Shown here piece after piece: positions 35,852 through 45,920 of a stretch of 64,000 nt of DNA. The translations under genes and the position numbers were made by a program. Every line of letters begins with the position of its first letter. The first letter of the stretch is position 1. The notes under the pieces were generated by a model. The model had not been told where the DNA came from. It saw nothing but the letters and a program-made list of their open reading frames with translations, and ran no database searches. Source of the stretch: a virus; the IMG/VR virus record IMGVR_UViG_3300029267_003532, positions 1-64,000 of that record. One strand, 5' to 3'.

Positions 35852-37671
35852 GCTTCCTCCGAAACAAATGTCAGCACGCGCGCTTTGGACGTCCATCCCA
35901 ATGTTCGCGCAGTTGATACAAAACTCAACGTCCGCGCCTTGGATACAAACGCCTTCGCCACAGGAATCGTACCAATGTAGACAAGTGCGGTCCCAAATCC
36001 AGAATCTGACGCGATTCCGCTCGGTAGAATCGCGACGATACCGACAAGCAGGGAGATCACGCCAAAGTCACCCGCACTCACGATACCGACCGGAGAAATT
36101 TGCAGGTCTAGCGACGATAACCCAAATACTTCGGAGCTTTCCAATCCGCTTGGCGTCAATATTCGTGTGCCCGGCAGAACCTGACTTGTCCCAAAGCCCC
36201 CGCTCGTTTCTATTCCACTTGGCTGGAGCAGCGTTATCCCTATACCTACTGTCACGGACCCAAACGTAGCCCCACTGAGGATGCCAGAAGGAAGTAGCGA
36301 TACTACACCGGGTGACAATACAGTCGACCCAAACTCAGCGCCCGCCGCAATCCCGCTTGGTTGGAGCAGCGCTGCACCTGTACTTATTATTGCAGACCCA
36401 AATGCAGCTCCACTGAGGATGCCAGAAGGAAGTAGCGATACTACACCGGGTGACAATACAGTCGACCCAAACTCCGCGCCCGCCGCAATCCCGCTTGGTT
36501 GGAGCAGCGCTGCACCTGTACTTATTATTGCAGACCCAAATGCAGCTCCACTGAGGATGCCAGAAGGAAGCAATGATACAGCGCCGGGCGATAAGACTGT
36601 TGATCCAACGTTTTCCGCACTGGGCAGACCAGCTACAGCCAGCCATAGCCCCAGCGTCGCCGAACCAAACGTCTCCGCACTTACTATCCCTGACGGCGAC
36701 AACGATACTGCCCCAGGGGCCAGCGTCGCCGCCCCGATGCCCTCTTCGCTCGTTACGCTTGACGCCATCAGGCTTACAGATCCAGGAGACGCAGTATGCG
36801 ATCCTACGATCTCGCTACTGACAATACCATTACTCAGAAGGGCTACCGCACCGGGTGACACGATCCCCGCCCCGAACGTCTCGCCTGTGGCCACCCCGCT
36901 CGCCACCAGCGTTTGTCCCCCTGTCCCTGCTGCGTACCACACCCGCCTCCGTGGCCACGCGTACAATTCCCACCGCGTCTCCGGTGCATACATCGACCGA
37001 ATCACAGTCGCAGGCAATGCGCGGTTGTATAAGCGAGGCTCTGCCATATAAGCCGTGTTCAGCGCATTTCCACCACCGTACATTGCCCCGAGTGTAATAC
37101 CCGTATTTCCGTTATCAAATGAACTGCTGTATGTAGCTGAATTGATCTCTTCTCCATTCACGTACAACCGGCTTGTTACCCCGTCATATGTTGCTGACAG
37201 CAACGTCCATGCGCTGGAAGGCACTGCATTCGCAGCATCCAAGTTCTGTACTCCACCGGATGTGTCAACTTTCCATCTCACTCCGTATGGAGCTACCGCA
37301 TCCGTCGCCCACTGTAGGCATGTGCTCCAATTCCCATTGGACATCATCACGTCAAAATTCGCCCTGGTACCTGGCTGATACAGCCACACTGACATGGTGA
37401 TTTCGAGCAGCCCAGACAACGATATGTCCGCCTCAAAGTACCGTGAATTGTTAAATGCAGGTACCTGCCCGAGCGAGGTAGACGTCCATGCCGGCGAGTT
37501 ATACCCCGCCAAGTGCCGGCCACGACCGGACACATCACGGAGCCTGCTGGCCCCGGCACTCAGCAGCGTTGGCCACCACCCCGCCAACCCAGCCGCCTGT
37601 GGCGACTCCCAATTGACTCCCATCCACACATTCGGTGGATGCCGGAACGGCCACCCGCCCCGAATCGACAC
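35848..37671 (-). CDS. LamG-like jellyroll tail protein with 23-aa Ser/Gly repeats
   Basis: WTLLSATYDG...LYVNG...PRLYNRAL; repeats of LxPSGIxSxxxFG. Confidence 0.8.
   Translation of the reverse strand: MSIRGGWPFRHPPNVWMGVNWESPQAAGLAGWWPTLLSAGASRLRDVSGRGRHLAGYNSPAWTSTSLGQVPAFNNSRYFEADISLSGLLEITMSVWLYQPGTRANFDVMMSNGNWSTCLQWATDAVAPYGVRWKVDTSGGVQNLDAANAVPSSAWTLLSATYDGVTSRLYVNGEEINSATYSSSFDNGNTGITLGAMYGGGNALNTAYMAEPRLYNRALPATVIRSMYAPETRWELYAWPRRRVWYAAGTGGQTLVASGVATGETFGAGIVSPGAVALLSNGIVSSEIVGSHTASPGSVSLMASSVTSEEGIGAATLAPGAVSLSPSGIVSAETFGSATLGLWLAVAGLPSAENVGSTVLSPGAVSLLPSGILSGAAFGSAIISTGAALLQPSGIAAGAEFGSTVLSPGVVSLLPSGILSGAAFGSAIISTGAALLQPSGIAAGAEFGSTVLSPGVVSLLPSGILSGATFGSVTVGIGITLLQPSGIETSGGFGTSQVLPGTRILTPSGLESSEVFGLSSLDLQISPVGIVSAGDFGVISLLVGIVAILPSGIASDSGFGTALVYIGTIPVAKAFVSKARTLSFVSTARTLGWTSKARVLTFVSEEA
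36272..36570. repeat. 138-bp near-perfect tandem repeat (about 2.2 copies)
   Basis: CCACTGAGGATGCCAGAAGGAAG at 36272, 36410 and 36548. Confidence 0.9.
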
Positions 37672-38153
37672 TACTGCACCTCGTCGATCAACGGCGTCAC
37701 GGTCAAAACCTGATCTGTGCCTGTCGCCGTTAACGCCTGACCACTCTGGTTTATCACTACCGGAAGGCCATAGCGCGCCGGTAGCGGAAATATCCAACTT
37801 GCCCGCTGAGGGTCGGTGTCATTTGATGCCACCAGTGACCCAACATAGTGGAGTCGCTTGGCGTCATCCTCGCTGTTATAGGCTGCGTCACTCCCGGAGC
37901 ATTCACCGTCATAGTCGGTGCCGTCGTGCGAGCTGGACCAGTAGACGTCCACAACCTCGCCTGCAGCGGGAGCTGCGTCAAAATCGACCTCTAGGCTGAT
38001 CCGCGCGCGGGCAGCGTGTGTGGATTCGAAATCGTGCTCGTCTCCAGCGCGTCCATTGCCGTCCGCCAGGCTCGTTAGCGTCAATGTCTCGTCGCCGCCC
38101 GCGCTCGTCCACACGATATCGGTGCCTTGTTTCTGCAGGACCTCATTAGTCAT
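37671..38153 (-). CDS. Putative virion structural protein
   Basis: Acidic beta-rich protein in the tail module. Confidence 0.6.
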   Translation of the reverse strand: MTNEVLQKQGTDIVWTSAGGDETLTLTSLADGNGRAGDEHDFESTHAARARISLEVDFDAAPAAGEVVDVYWSSSHDGTDYDGECSGSDAAYNSEDDAKRLHYVGSLVASNDTDPQRASWIFPLPARYGLPVVINQSGQALTATGTDQVLTVTPLIDEVQ

Positions 38154-38166
38154 AGATTACCTACCT

Positions 38167-38376
38167 CTATGCGGACGTATCCACGCCCGCAGCGAAATTA
38201 ACCAGGTCGTTGACCACGAATTGGATCTCGTTGTCTGTACTGGACTCTCCACTATTCTGGATTGTCGCGTTTTGCAAGAACATCCACATCAACCGGCGCG
38301 CCACGGCCTCATTACGTATCGCCTCGGTTGCTGCAGCCACCGCCATCCGATTACGCAGACTACTACTGCTGCGCAC
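38167..38376 (-). CDS. Small tail-associated hypothetical protein, possibly degenerate
   Basis: LRNR...STDNEIQFVVN; weak start context. Confidence 0.4.
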   Translation of the reverse strand: MRSSSSLRNRMAVAAATEAIRNEAVARRLMWMFLQNATIQNSGESSTDNEIQFVVNDLVNFAAGVDTSA

Positions 38377-38403
38377 TGCACCTGCAGACTACAACCGCCA
38401 TTA

Positions 38404-38637
38404 TCACAACACCTCATTCAACCGCCGCAGCTCAATCTCATCCAACCGCACCACCCCCTCCTGCAGCGCCCATACAGCTAGCTGCACTCGGTTCTCCAAC
38501 CGGACCTTGCGCAGAATGTTCGTCATGTGATTCTTGACCGTGTGATACCGGATACCTAGCCGTGCAGCCAACTGGCGATTATCCAGACCCCTCACAACTA
38601 ACCGCACGATCTCGGACTCGCGCAGCGTCAGGGTCAT
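38404..38637 (-). CDS. LuxR/NarL-type HTH-only regulator
   Basis: LTLRESEIVRLVVRGLDNRQLAARLGI..HTVKNHMTNILRKV..ENRVQLAVWA. Confidence 0.9.
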   Translation of the reverse strand: MTLTLRESEIVRLVVRGLDNRQLAARLGIRYHTVKNHMTNILRKVRLENRVQLAVWALQEGVVRLDEIELRRLNEVL

Positions 38638-39101
38638 TGCATCGGCGCCCGCCACGCTGTCGGCTGAGGAGGATATGCTGGCTGCTGCGGATACGCCGTC
38701 GCAGTAGGATATGGCGACTCTGTTGGATACGCTGTGGGCAGCGCAGGGCATTCCACTGGCCTACACGTAGGAAGCGGTCGAGGTGTCAGCGTTGGTCGAG
38801 GTGTCAGCGTTGGTTGAGACGTCAGCGTTGGAGCTGGCGTCCATGTTGCCGAGCAGTCGATCTGCCCTGGACAATCGTGAAACCATGGAGTAGCCAGACT
38901 TGTTGTCGCAGTCGGTTCCGCAGAAGGCACGGTCGACGTAGGCATTGCCGCCGACGTGCAAGTCGGCGTCCCGATAGGCGAGATGGGAGAATCGCTCTGC
39001 GCAAGCAGCGACCCCGCATTTCGCTCACACACAGTAACCAGTGTTAGCACAACCGTTAACGCCAATAGTGTTGCGCCTAAGGCCCAAGATTTGATAGACA
39101 T
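38634..39101 (-). CDS. Exported Pro/Thr-rich low-complexity protein
   Basis: Signal-like N-terminus; SPISP, PTLT and PTAYP repeats. Confidence 0.65.
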   Translation of the reverse strand: MSIKSWALGATLLALTVVLTLVTVCERNAGSLLAQSDSPISPIGTPTCTSAAMPTSTVPSAEPTATTSLATPWFHDCPGQIDCSATWTPAPTLTSQPTLTPRPTLTPRPLPTCRPVECPALPTAYPTESPYPTATAYPQQPAYPPQPTAWRAPMQ

Positions 39102-39161
39102 TCTTTCTCCTTTACTGAGACCAGGACTATCCCAGTTTGTCGATCATTGAATCAACACACT

Positions 39162-39404
39162 TTACCCGATTTCCCCGAAATCTTCCTGGCTCGCCACGCT
39201 CTGTGCGGTCAGAACCTGAGCCAGATCTGACCGCTCTTGTAAAGACAAGCTATCTACCAAAGCATGGATCTTTTGCTTGCCCTCTCGTCTCTCGATTTCG
39301 GCAGTGATTTCACGCTGCTCTGCACGAATTTGTTTCACGTGTTGAGTCCGGTCACACAGCATAGAATACAGTTCGTCCAACGAAGACTTGCTCAAATCAT
39401 CCAT
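39162..39404 (-). CDS. Small coiled-coil hypothetical protein
   Basis: GGAG RBS. Confidence 0.6.
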   Translation of the reverse strand: MDDLSKSSLDELYSMLCDRTQHVKQIRAEQREITAEIERREGKQKIHALVDSLSLQERSDLAQVLTAQSVASQEDFGEIG

Positions 39405-39405
39405 G

Positions 39406-39783
39406 TTAGTCTCCTGTCTTGTGTCGTATCACGCGTGGCGTGCCAAACACTGCTTGGCTTGCGATGCCAAGTGCTTTGCTTAGCGGAATATACCGCCGCA
39501 GCTTGCTATTCCAAGCAGCCTCGTTGCATGCCTCTTTAAGTAAATCAGGCCGGTTCGTTAGGCCGATCGGCACACCAAGGCGCGTCAAAATTGCCTGATC
39601 GACAATGATCCGCGTCGCCTCGGCTTCTTCCTCTGCCTGCTTGCTCTGAACATAGAGAGCCTTGGCGAGCGCCTGCGCTGCATCGTGTTCTAGATCCAAT
39701 AGCTTTCGGCCATTGTGCAGCACGAGCACTCGCGTGCCCTCACGCCGCACAGTAACAGTACTAAGCTTCGGAATGAATAGCAC
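39406..39783 (-). CDS. Hypothetical protein
   Basis: AGGAGG RBS. Confidence 0.6.
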   Translation of the reverse strand: MLFIPKLSTVTVRREGTRVLVLHNGRKLLDLEHDAAQALAKALYVQSKQAEEEAEATRIIVDQAILTRLGVPIGLTNRPDLLKEACNEAAWNSKLRRYIPLSKALGIASQAVFGTPRVIRHKTGD

Positions 39784-39792
39784 TTTTCCTCC

Positions 39793-40200
39793 TTACAACT
39801 TAAAGATTCTGTTGTCGCCGCTATCCCACTGCACAGTGATATCCCCACCATTGGGGGTAACAGGCAATCCTGTCGCCGTATCAATGTTGGCAATCAATCG
39901 ACTCGACGCCTCTACGCCAGTATCCTGGTAGACATCGACCGACTCGCTAACATCTCCCGTGACGGACGTTAGTGTCACGTCTTCAGCGTCTGCCACACCG
40001 GCAGTTTCAGTCTTGCTGCTCAAGTTTTCAGACGTGGACACACGACTTGCAGCATCTCGATCTGCCAAGTCTTCATCTGTGCTAAGATTTGGTGTATCAT
40101 CTGCTTCATCGATCAGAACAATCTTGATGTTGTCGCCGCCCCAATCGATCTCTCCCGCAAGAAAACCCTCACGCCCCTTATCGTACAATGCATTCGCCAT
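39793..40200 (-). CDS. Minor tail/virion structural protein
   Basis: MANALYDKG...LPVTPNGGDITVQW...IFKL, a pattern typical of siphophage minor tail proteins. Confidence 0.7.
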   Translation of the reverse strand: MANALYDKGREGFLAGEIDWGGDNIKIVLIDEADDTPNLSTDEDLADRDAASRVSTSENLSSKTETAGVADAEDVTLTSVTGDVSESVDVYQDTGVEASSRLIANIDTATGLPVTPNGGDITVQWDSGDNRIFKL

Positions 40201-40225
40201 GTCAGTCTCCTGTTGTTGAGAGGAA

Positions 40226-41806
40226 CTAGACTCCCTCTTGTTGATCCTGTAGTAGCCGTGCCAATTTGCGCTCAAATGTATTTCCTGCCCCAGCAGGAAT
40301 CAAGCGCGCTGTTCGCCCATTCAGGTCTATCTCGGCGCCAACTAGCTGATGCGTCGTCCATTGATCGCGCAGATCAGAATCTCCGGATAGTAACGTTTCT
40401 CCGGCACGAAAATCTGTTACGACGATGATCCCGCGCGCCATGATCTCGTCGACCGCCTTTGCCTTTCCTGTCGCCGAATATACATGGTCGCGCACAGAGA
40501 TGTTGCTCGATGCACTGGGCTTCCTTTGCTCAACCACGCGCAAAGCCGCGATAGCGGTTGCAGTCTCTGCGTCAATCGTGCCAGATACCTTGTACGCAAT
40601 CTGGCGATAGAGCCCACCAAGTTGTCCAATCGTGTCGTCGTCCGAGGCCACAGCCGTGCGCTGAACTTGGCCTTGCGCATCAGTGTAGACGACATAGACC
40701 TTTTGCGCACTGTCCGTGATCGAACCTCGGACAGAGACCTCGCGCCCGGGCTGTCGACGCACATAGTATTGTACTGTCTCTTGGTCTTGCTCTTCGATGT
40801 ATAGTCGACCATCCTCATCAATTCCCCAGGCGAGAATTGTGTTTGCGTTAATTCCCGCAGTCTTGACGCACCAAGTCATAATGTCTTTAGGCGTCTGGTC
40901 GTTCTCAAAGGCGACTGTTCCGGGTAGCTCCAGATCTTCAGCCGTAAGTTGTGTGAAATCCTGCACGATCCCCCAGGGCTCCATCGCCTCAATCAAGTCA
41001 CGCGCTACGCGGCCAATGGTGACTGTCTGCTCATCTGTACCAACGACACGCACGTCCGCAAACCGCCCGTACACCGAACCATCACTGGCTGTGTTTTCGC
41101 CCCACTCAGTCAACTCAAATTGCAGATCGATATAGGTCGTGTTGGGATTGGTCTTAATTGTCTGCACACCACTATAGGACGCAGTCTTGGACCACAGCAA
41201 TCCTGTATCGTCGTATATCGCAACCTTACCCGGCCAATCAAATGGCAACTCAACGACTGTTGAAAATGCTATACGCTCAACACCGCCGCCAAAAGGCATC
41301 TCGTACCGCGCATAGACATACTCGCCTGATCGATACTGCGTCCCGCGCCGAGGCTGCAGGACCAACGCGTCTTCATCGTTGTTCACAGAAAACTTGTTGG
41401 GCACAAACGAACCTGACACTTCAGACGGAGTGACCCATTTGCCTACGCGCTGGTCCTGATATACCCGGTTGTATGGTACGAAATCTAAAAGCGCCCCCTT
41501 CCCAACGGCTGTGACCGTGATGGCTTGGCTTGTTGAGCCGGAGCTTTCGCTGATGTCGACAATCACGCCAACAAAGAGCTTGTTGCACAGTCCTTTGCGC
41601 AGGATTACCTCATGCAAGAAGCCCAAGTCTGAATAGTCCGGCCCAATCATTCGATCTTCCTGCCATGAGAGCGTGCCATAGCCTCCACCATCCTCACTGT
41701 AGAATGAGGACCACCGGATGCCATATGCGTTTAGGTGCCTGTGCTGGACGTCATCGTGGTCATAGGTCTCCAGCACGGGCGACGTTGTCACAATGCGCGA
41801 TCTCAT
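40226..41806 (-). CDS. Tail tip/baseplate hub (Tal-like) protein
   Basis: GGYGTLSW...LFVGVIVDI...ITVTAVG; position in the tail module. Confidence 0.6.
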   Translation of the reverse strand: MRSRIVTTSPVLETYDHDDVQHRHLNAYGIRWSSFYSEDGGGYGTLSWQEDRMIGPDYSDLGFLHEVILRKGLCNKLFVGVIVDISESSGSTSQAITVTAVGKGALLDFVPYNRVYQDQRVGKWVTPSEVSGSFVPNKFSVNNDEDALVLQPRRGTQYRSGEYVYARYEMPFGGGVERIAFSTVVELPFDWPGKVAIYDDTGLLWSKTASYSGVQTIKTNPNTTYIDLQFELTEWGENTASDGSVYGRFADVRVVGTDEQTVTIGRVARDLIEAMEPWGIVQDFTQLTAEDLELPGTVAFENDQTPKDIMTWCVKTAGINANTILAWGIDEDGRLYIEEQDQETVQYYVRRQPGREVSVRGSITDSAQKVYVVYTDAQGQVQRTAVASDDDTIGQLGGLYRQIAYKVSGTIDAETATAIAALRVVEQRKPSASSNISVRDHVYSATGKAKAVDEIMARGIIVVTDFRAGETLLSGDSDLRDQWTTHQLVGAEIDLNGRTARLIPAGAGNTFERKLARLLQDQQEGV

Positions 41807-42030
41807 TCTGATTCCTTGCTATCAGACCTCAAGCTCAGGTATACGTGTTCTCCGCGCTGTTCTATACTGTACGGCCCATCAGGCAAACCTTCAGCCTTCG
41901 CATATGCAGCCATGACTGCATTCAAGCCCTGGCGCAATGCGCGCAGTTCGTTTTGCAATGTCTGTTGTTTTTCCTGCAGTACCATGATTGGCACAAGTTG
42001 TGCTTCTGTTAGTTGAACTTGACCTGTCAA
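41803..42030 (-). CDS. Small coiled-coil tail-fibre-associated protein
   Basis: Follows the fibre-like gene. Confidence 0.55.
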   Translation of the reverse strand: MTGQVQLTEAQLVPIMVLQEKQQTLQNELRALRQGLNAVMAAYAKAEGLPDGPYSIEQRGEHVYLSLRSDSKESE

Positions 42031-43268
42031 GATGCCTCCAGCACAGCTACGCGCTCAGCCAACATTCGCACTTGCTCAAATTGGTCATTCATACTCGCAA
42101 GCAACTTCTTTTGACGCGCGCCAATCTGGCGAAACGCGCCCAGCATCAGTGCCTGCAAGCCTTTTCGACGCAAATACACGTCATCCCCAGGCGTGACGAT
42201 CTTCATCGTAGCCAGTCTACTGTGATCGTACTTCACGATCCGGTCTTGCTGGCCAGCCATTAGATGGTACAGATCGTCGAGCGCCTGTACATCATCTTCC
42301 TCGTCGAATGTCTCTAGAGCCCCTCTATATTTCAGGTCTCCGTCTTCGTCAATGATCAGGCAATTCTGCCACGACCCACTGACGCGCGCGAAAAAACCAA
42401 AGCAATTTCCGTCTACACGGACGTTAGCCCAGTCCGTACCAGACAACTGCCCGGCGTAGAATTCCATGATACTACGCGCCGTCGTGTTGGATCCCACCTC
42501 GACGTTAGCAGCCAGGCCTGCGCGTAGCACCAAGGCCGCGCCCTCCTCACCGCTGGCCACGCTGCTATCTTTGAGGCCTGTGATCTGCAACCCGCCGGCT
42601 CCACTTTCATTCAGCCCCATCTCACCATACACACTAGAGAGATCAATAACATCCGTTGCGCCGTGTGCAACACTGTCATCCATAAACCACTGGTTGCCAT
42701 CTATCGTAAAGCGAATCATCTCGATTGCGTCAAGAAACGTTTTGCCTCCACGAAAGATAGAGAGATAAGGGTTAGTGCCCAGATCTTCAACCTCATTGTT
42801 TGCGTCAATGAAGAATCCGATACTGTGATCCGCGGCAATGCCGCCGCGGTCGTTGCAGTACAGATCCGGTGAAATATGGTAGGATCCGCCAGATCGGGTG
42901 AGCCAGCGCTTGGCCACGCCAGCCTGGTCATAGATGGCTACAGATTCAAGGTCAATGGTCATCGCTACAACACCGCCAACCTTGATCACAACGCGATCAT
43001 CATCGCTTGCGTAGATCGTGGTATCGCCGTTTTCATCCAGAATGATTCCATCAGTCGCGCCGGCCAAATTGAGCTTGATATAGCCTTTGGAGACTAAAAG
43101 GTAGGCCTGACCTGTATCATCCAGGTCTGCGCCGGCAGCAAGCCCCCACTCATCAGATGTCAAACCCAACAATCCGTTGAGATTTCCAATTCGCACGTGC
43201 GGTGTCAGATCGTCCCCTTCCCACGGCTCGTCACCGATTGTACAAATCTCGAAAGCTCGATCAGTCAT
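42027..43268 (-). CDS. Tail fibre/spike protein with C-terminal chaperone-like coiled coil
   Basis: VRIGNLNG N-terminus; LMLGAFRQI...ERVAVLE C-terminus. Confidence 0.6.
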   Translation of the reverse strand: MTDRAFEICTIGDEPWEGDDLTPHVRIGNLNGLLGLTSDEWGLAAGADLDDTGQAYLLVSKGYIKLNLAGATDGIILDENGDTTIYASDDDRVVIKVGGVVAMTIDLESVAIYDQAGVAKRWLTRSGGSYHISPDLYCNDRGGIAADHSIGFFIDANNEVEDLGTNPYLSIFRGGKTFLDAIEMIRFTIDGNQWFMDDSVAHGATDVIDLSSVYGEMGLNESGAGGLQITGLKDSSVASGEEGAALVLRAGLAANVEVGSNTTARSIMEFYAGQLSGTDWANVRVDGNCFGFFARVSGSWQNCLIIDEDGDLKYRGALETFDEEDDVQALDDLYHLMAGQQDRIVKYDHSRLATMKIVTPGDDVYLRRKGLQALMLGAFRQIGARQKKLLASMNDQFEQVRMLAERVAVLEAS

Positions 43269-44340
43269 CGTCGCCTACCAATCGCACCAGCCCAGCCCCA
43301 GAGGGGCCAAACACAGTCGCCGTGACGCCCTCGGGAAGCGTAGCGGAATCTCCAGACTTGCGCTCTACGCTGTACTCATAGTAAGCGTACTCGGACCCCG
43401 GATTCGTGACACTCAGGATCTCTACCCAAATCTCGGTGACATCCGCACCATTGTGACATGTCAACAGCAGCCGATCGCCGACACTGGCACAAGGCGCGTG
43501 ACCAGCAGGGCCGTCGTACAGCTTGATAGTCGTAGGAGGCAGCGTCGTGGTCGTATCTGTTGTCGTTGTTGTGTCCGTAGTCGTGGTCGTGGTCGACGTC
43601 GACGTCGACGACACAGTGATCGTCGATGTCGACCCAGAGCCGGTCTGTGTCGTCGTCGACGCACCGGTTGTGGTCGTGCCACCGGTCGTAGTCGTCGAAG
43701 TAGTTGTTGAGTTTGGCCCGATTTGCGTGCTATCATCCCGGATGACCAATTCATCCAGGTAGAGATCACCATACGTGGTTGTTTCAGAATACAGGCATCC
43801 GATTCGACACAATGTCGTGTTGTCGAACCGGGTGTCATTGTCCAACGAGCTGTGGGTCGCCTGCAAGGAGCCATCTATCCAGAGCTTGTTCTCGCCGGTT
43901 CCCGCACCACGCGATATGTGGATCTCAATATAGTGCTCCGCGTCCGTGACAGCAACGTATGTGCCAACCGAGCCGCCGTCGTCTTCGTACGAAAGCAAAC
44001 GGACACGAAAGGTTGACCCGTTCCAATTCAAGTTGACTTGAGCCGCGATCTGCGTTGAATTGGTAAAGACCAGAAACGCGAACTCGTCCCCCGATGACAT
44101 TGTGAGCGAGTTCGGGTCGATGTAGACACGCGCTCGAACATCGCTTGCACCAGGCGTAAAAGCCACTTGCCCATAAAGAGAAACCACTGAGCCCGACTGC
44201 GGCTGAACCCTCATGCCATATGAAGATTGACCACACGCTGCATTGGCATATGCCTGGACATAGGATGTCTCGGAAGGTAAGACGGAATCTAATTCCGAGA
44301 GATTGCCAGCATCAAAGTCAATGTCTGTGATGATAGACAT
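43261..44340 (-). CDS. Tail protein with beta-sandwich domain and long poly-Thr/Ser linker
   Basis: DFDAGNLS...LWIDG...LYLDELVI; about 50-aa T/S tract. Confidence 0.65.
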   Translation of the reverse strand: MSIITDIDFDAGNLSELDSVLPSETSYVQAYANAACGQSSYGMRVQPQSGSVVSLYGQVAFTPGASDVRARVYIDPNSLTMSSGDEFAFLVFTNSTQIAAQVNLNWNGSTFRVRLLSYEDDGGSVGTYVAVTDAEHYIEIHISRGAGTGENKLWIDGSLQATHSSLDNDTRFDNTTLCRIGCLYSETTTYGDLYLDELVIRDDSTQIGPNSTTTSTTTTGGTTTTGASTTTQTGSGSTSTITVSSTSTSTTTTTTDTTTTTDTTTTLPPTTIKLYDGPAGHAPCASVGDRLLLTCHNGADVTEIWVEILSVTNPGSEYAYYEYSVERKSGDSATLPEGVTATVFGPSGAGLVRLVGDDD

Positions 44341-45920
44341 CAGTCTTTCTCCGCATAGACCCAGGATATGTTTTCTGTGCCCGGCATCACAGTGAATGAA
44401 AAACTGTTCGAGCTTGCAGTTGGCGTCTCGGTCGCTTGAACTGAGTTCGTGTCCCAGGCGATAACCTTCACAGTCCAAGCGCCATCAGTTACATTACTCA
44501 CTGTGACCGTCTTCTGTACAGTACTTGTCCACCTAATAGTCATTACCAAGTGATCGCCGTCGCCGGTGCACAAGAGCTTGTCCATCCCGGTGCTGCTCAC
44601 ATAGTCTGACCAGTCCACTGCACCCAACCAATCTTTCCAGTTGACGAGTGCGGTTCCGGTCGATGTCGAGCCGCCAATAGAGTAGAAATCTGGGTCGCCT
44701 GGATTCCCATTTGTCCACACATTGTGCGAAGATTCAACCAAGCCTGGCCAGCGACCTGCCCCTATTCCCCACTTGAGTGTGATGCCCAACCACTCGATCT
44801 GTTTTGAGTTTGTATATGGAGCGTATTCAACCCTCAGTGGGGACCCGGTCCCGAGTATCCAGGGCTCTGGCCAGTATTGATGTATGATCAGCTTTTTGGG
44901 CTCGATCTTTTCCCTGCACGCATTCAGATGATCGACAAATTTGCCGAACACTCCGTGGTAAAGGTTAGTCGCAACCGCGTCAATCGGGTACTCTAAAAAC
45001 GGCTCCATGATCACATTGGCATAGTGATCTGCAGAGTCCGGCCATGTAAAGTCCGGGCGCGTTCTCATAACAGACGCGACGATAGGACGGTTGTACATAT
45101 CCTCGCTGCGAATATGTTGTCCAATTTCAGAGACCCATGGCACGACATAGTCTCGGATATTGGAGACCATAGTCGCGTTCCATTCAGTCTCTCCCCAGTA
45201 ATCCTGGTTGAACGTCCAATTCTGTTCGTCCCAGAGCCCCCACATACAGACTGCCGGGCTACTACCCACCACGCCGATGATGAATGAAATACGATCCTTC
45301 ATTGCCTGGATCGCATCGCTGCTTGTGTAGATCTCGTATGGCTCAGCCAGAAATCCTCGATCCTGGGACTCGCAGCGATCGCCGGTTATCAGGTAGTAGT
45401 TGTTATAGTTCCACGCATGGTAGCGCCATGCGTTGGCCTTAAAGCTATGAAAGCCCTCCAGCGCCCACCACACCTTGAGCCCGGATGCCTCGCAGGCATC
45501 CAGAAACTGCTTAATGTTGCTATTGTCCCACTTGTCTTGGGAAAAGTTCGCCCCACCGAGAGTGCCCGAGACCTGCGCAGCCCGGAACGTTGCCAGATTG
45601 GTGTCGTCAAGCGCTGTATCCCACACGTTATAGGTTCCGTGTGGTGGTGGTTCCAAGCCGTATGTCGGTTCGCCTTGCGGATAGTTGCATCCCGTAGCAC
45701 GTACGCGCACCAACTTGATACCGGCCGCGACCACCGCGCTGCACCAATCACTGTACGTCACGAATGTCCCGCTGTTGAACGGATTCTCTAGTGTATCCGC
45801 AGGGAACGGCCCGCCACGAACGTGGTTTGTGCTTTTCTGCAGGATGTCATTCGCATTGATGTATCCGCTGTAGCCCGGATAGAGCCCGTAACCCGGGTAC
45901 TGTTCGACGACGTATACCAC
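44340..45920 (-). CDS. GH5-like glycoside hydrolase with C-terminal beta-domain
   Basis: GIKLVRV, GLKVWW, SSPAVCMWGLWDE, DMYNRPI TIM-barrel pattern. Confidence 0.6.
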   Translation of the reverse strand: MVYVVEQYPGYGLYPGYSGYINANDILQKSTNHVRGGPFPADTLENPFNSGTFVTYSDWCSAVVAAGIKLVRVRATGCNYPQGEPTYGLEPPPHGTYNVWDTALDDTNLATFRAAQVSGTLGGANFSQDKWDNSNIKQFLDACEASGLKVWWALEGFHSFKANAWRYHAWNYNNYYLITGDRCESQDRGFLAEPYEIYTSSDAIQAMKDRISFIIGVVGSSPAVCMWGLWDEQNWTFNQDYWGETEWNATMVSNIRDYVVPWVSEIGQHIRSEDMYNRPIVASVMRTRPDFTWPDSADHYANVIMEPFLEYPIDAVATNLYHGVFGKFVDHLNACREKIEPKKLIIHQYWPEPWILGTGSPLRVEYAPYTNSKQIEWLGITLKWGIGAGRWPGLVESSHNVWTNGNPGDPDFYSIGGSTSTGTALVNWKDWLGAVDWSDYVSSTGMDKLLCTGDGDHLVMTIRWTSTVQKTVTVSNVTDGAWTVKVIAWDTNSVQATETPTASSNSFSFTVMPGTENISWVYAEKD

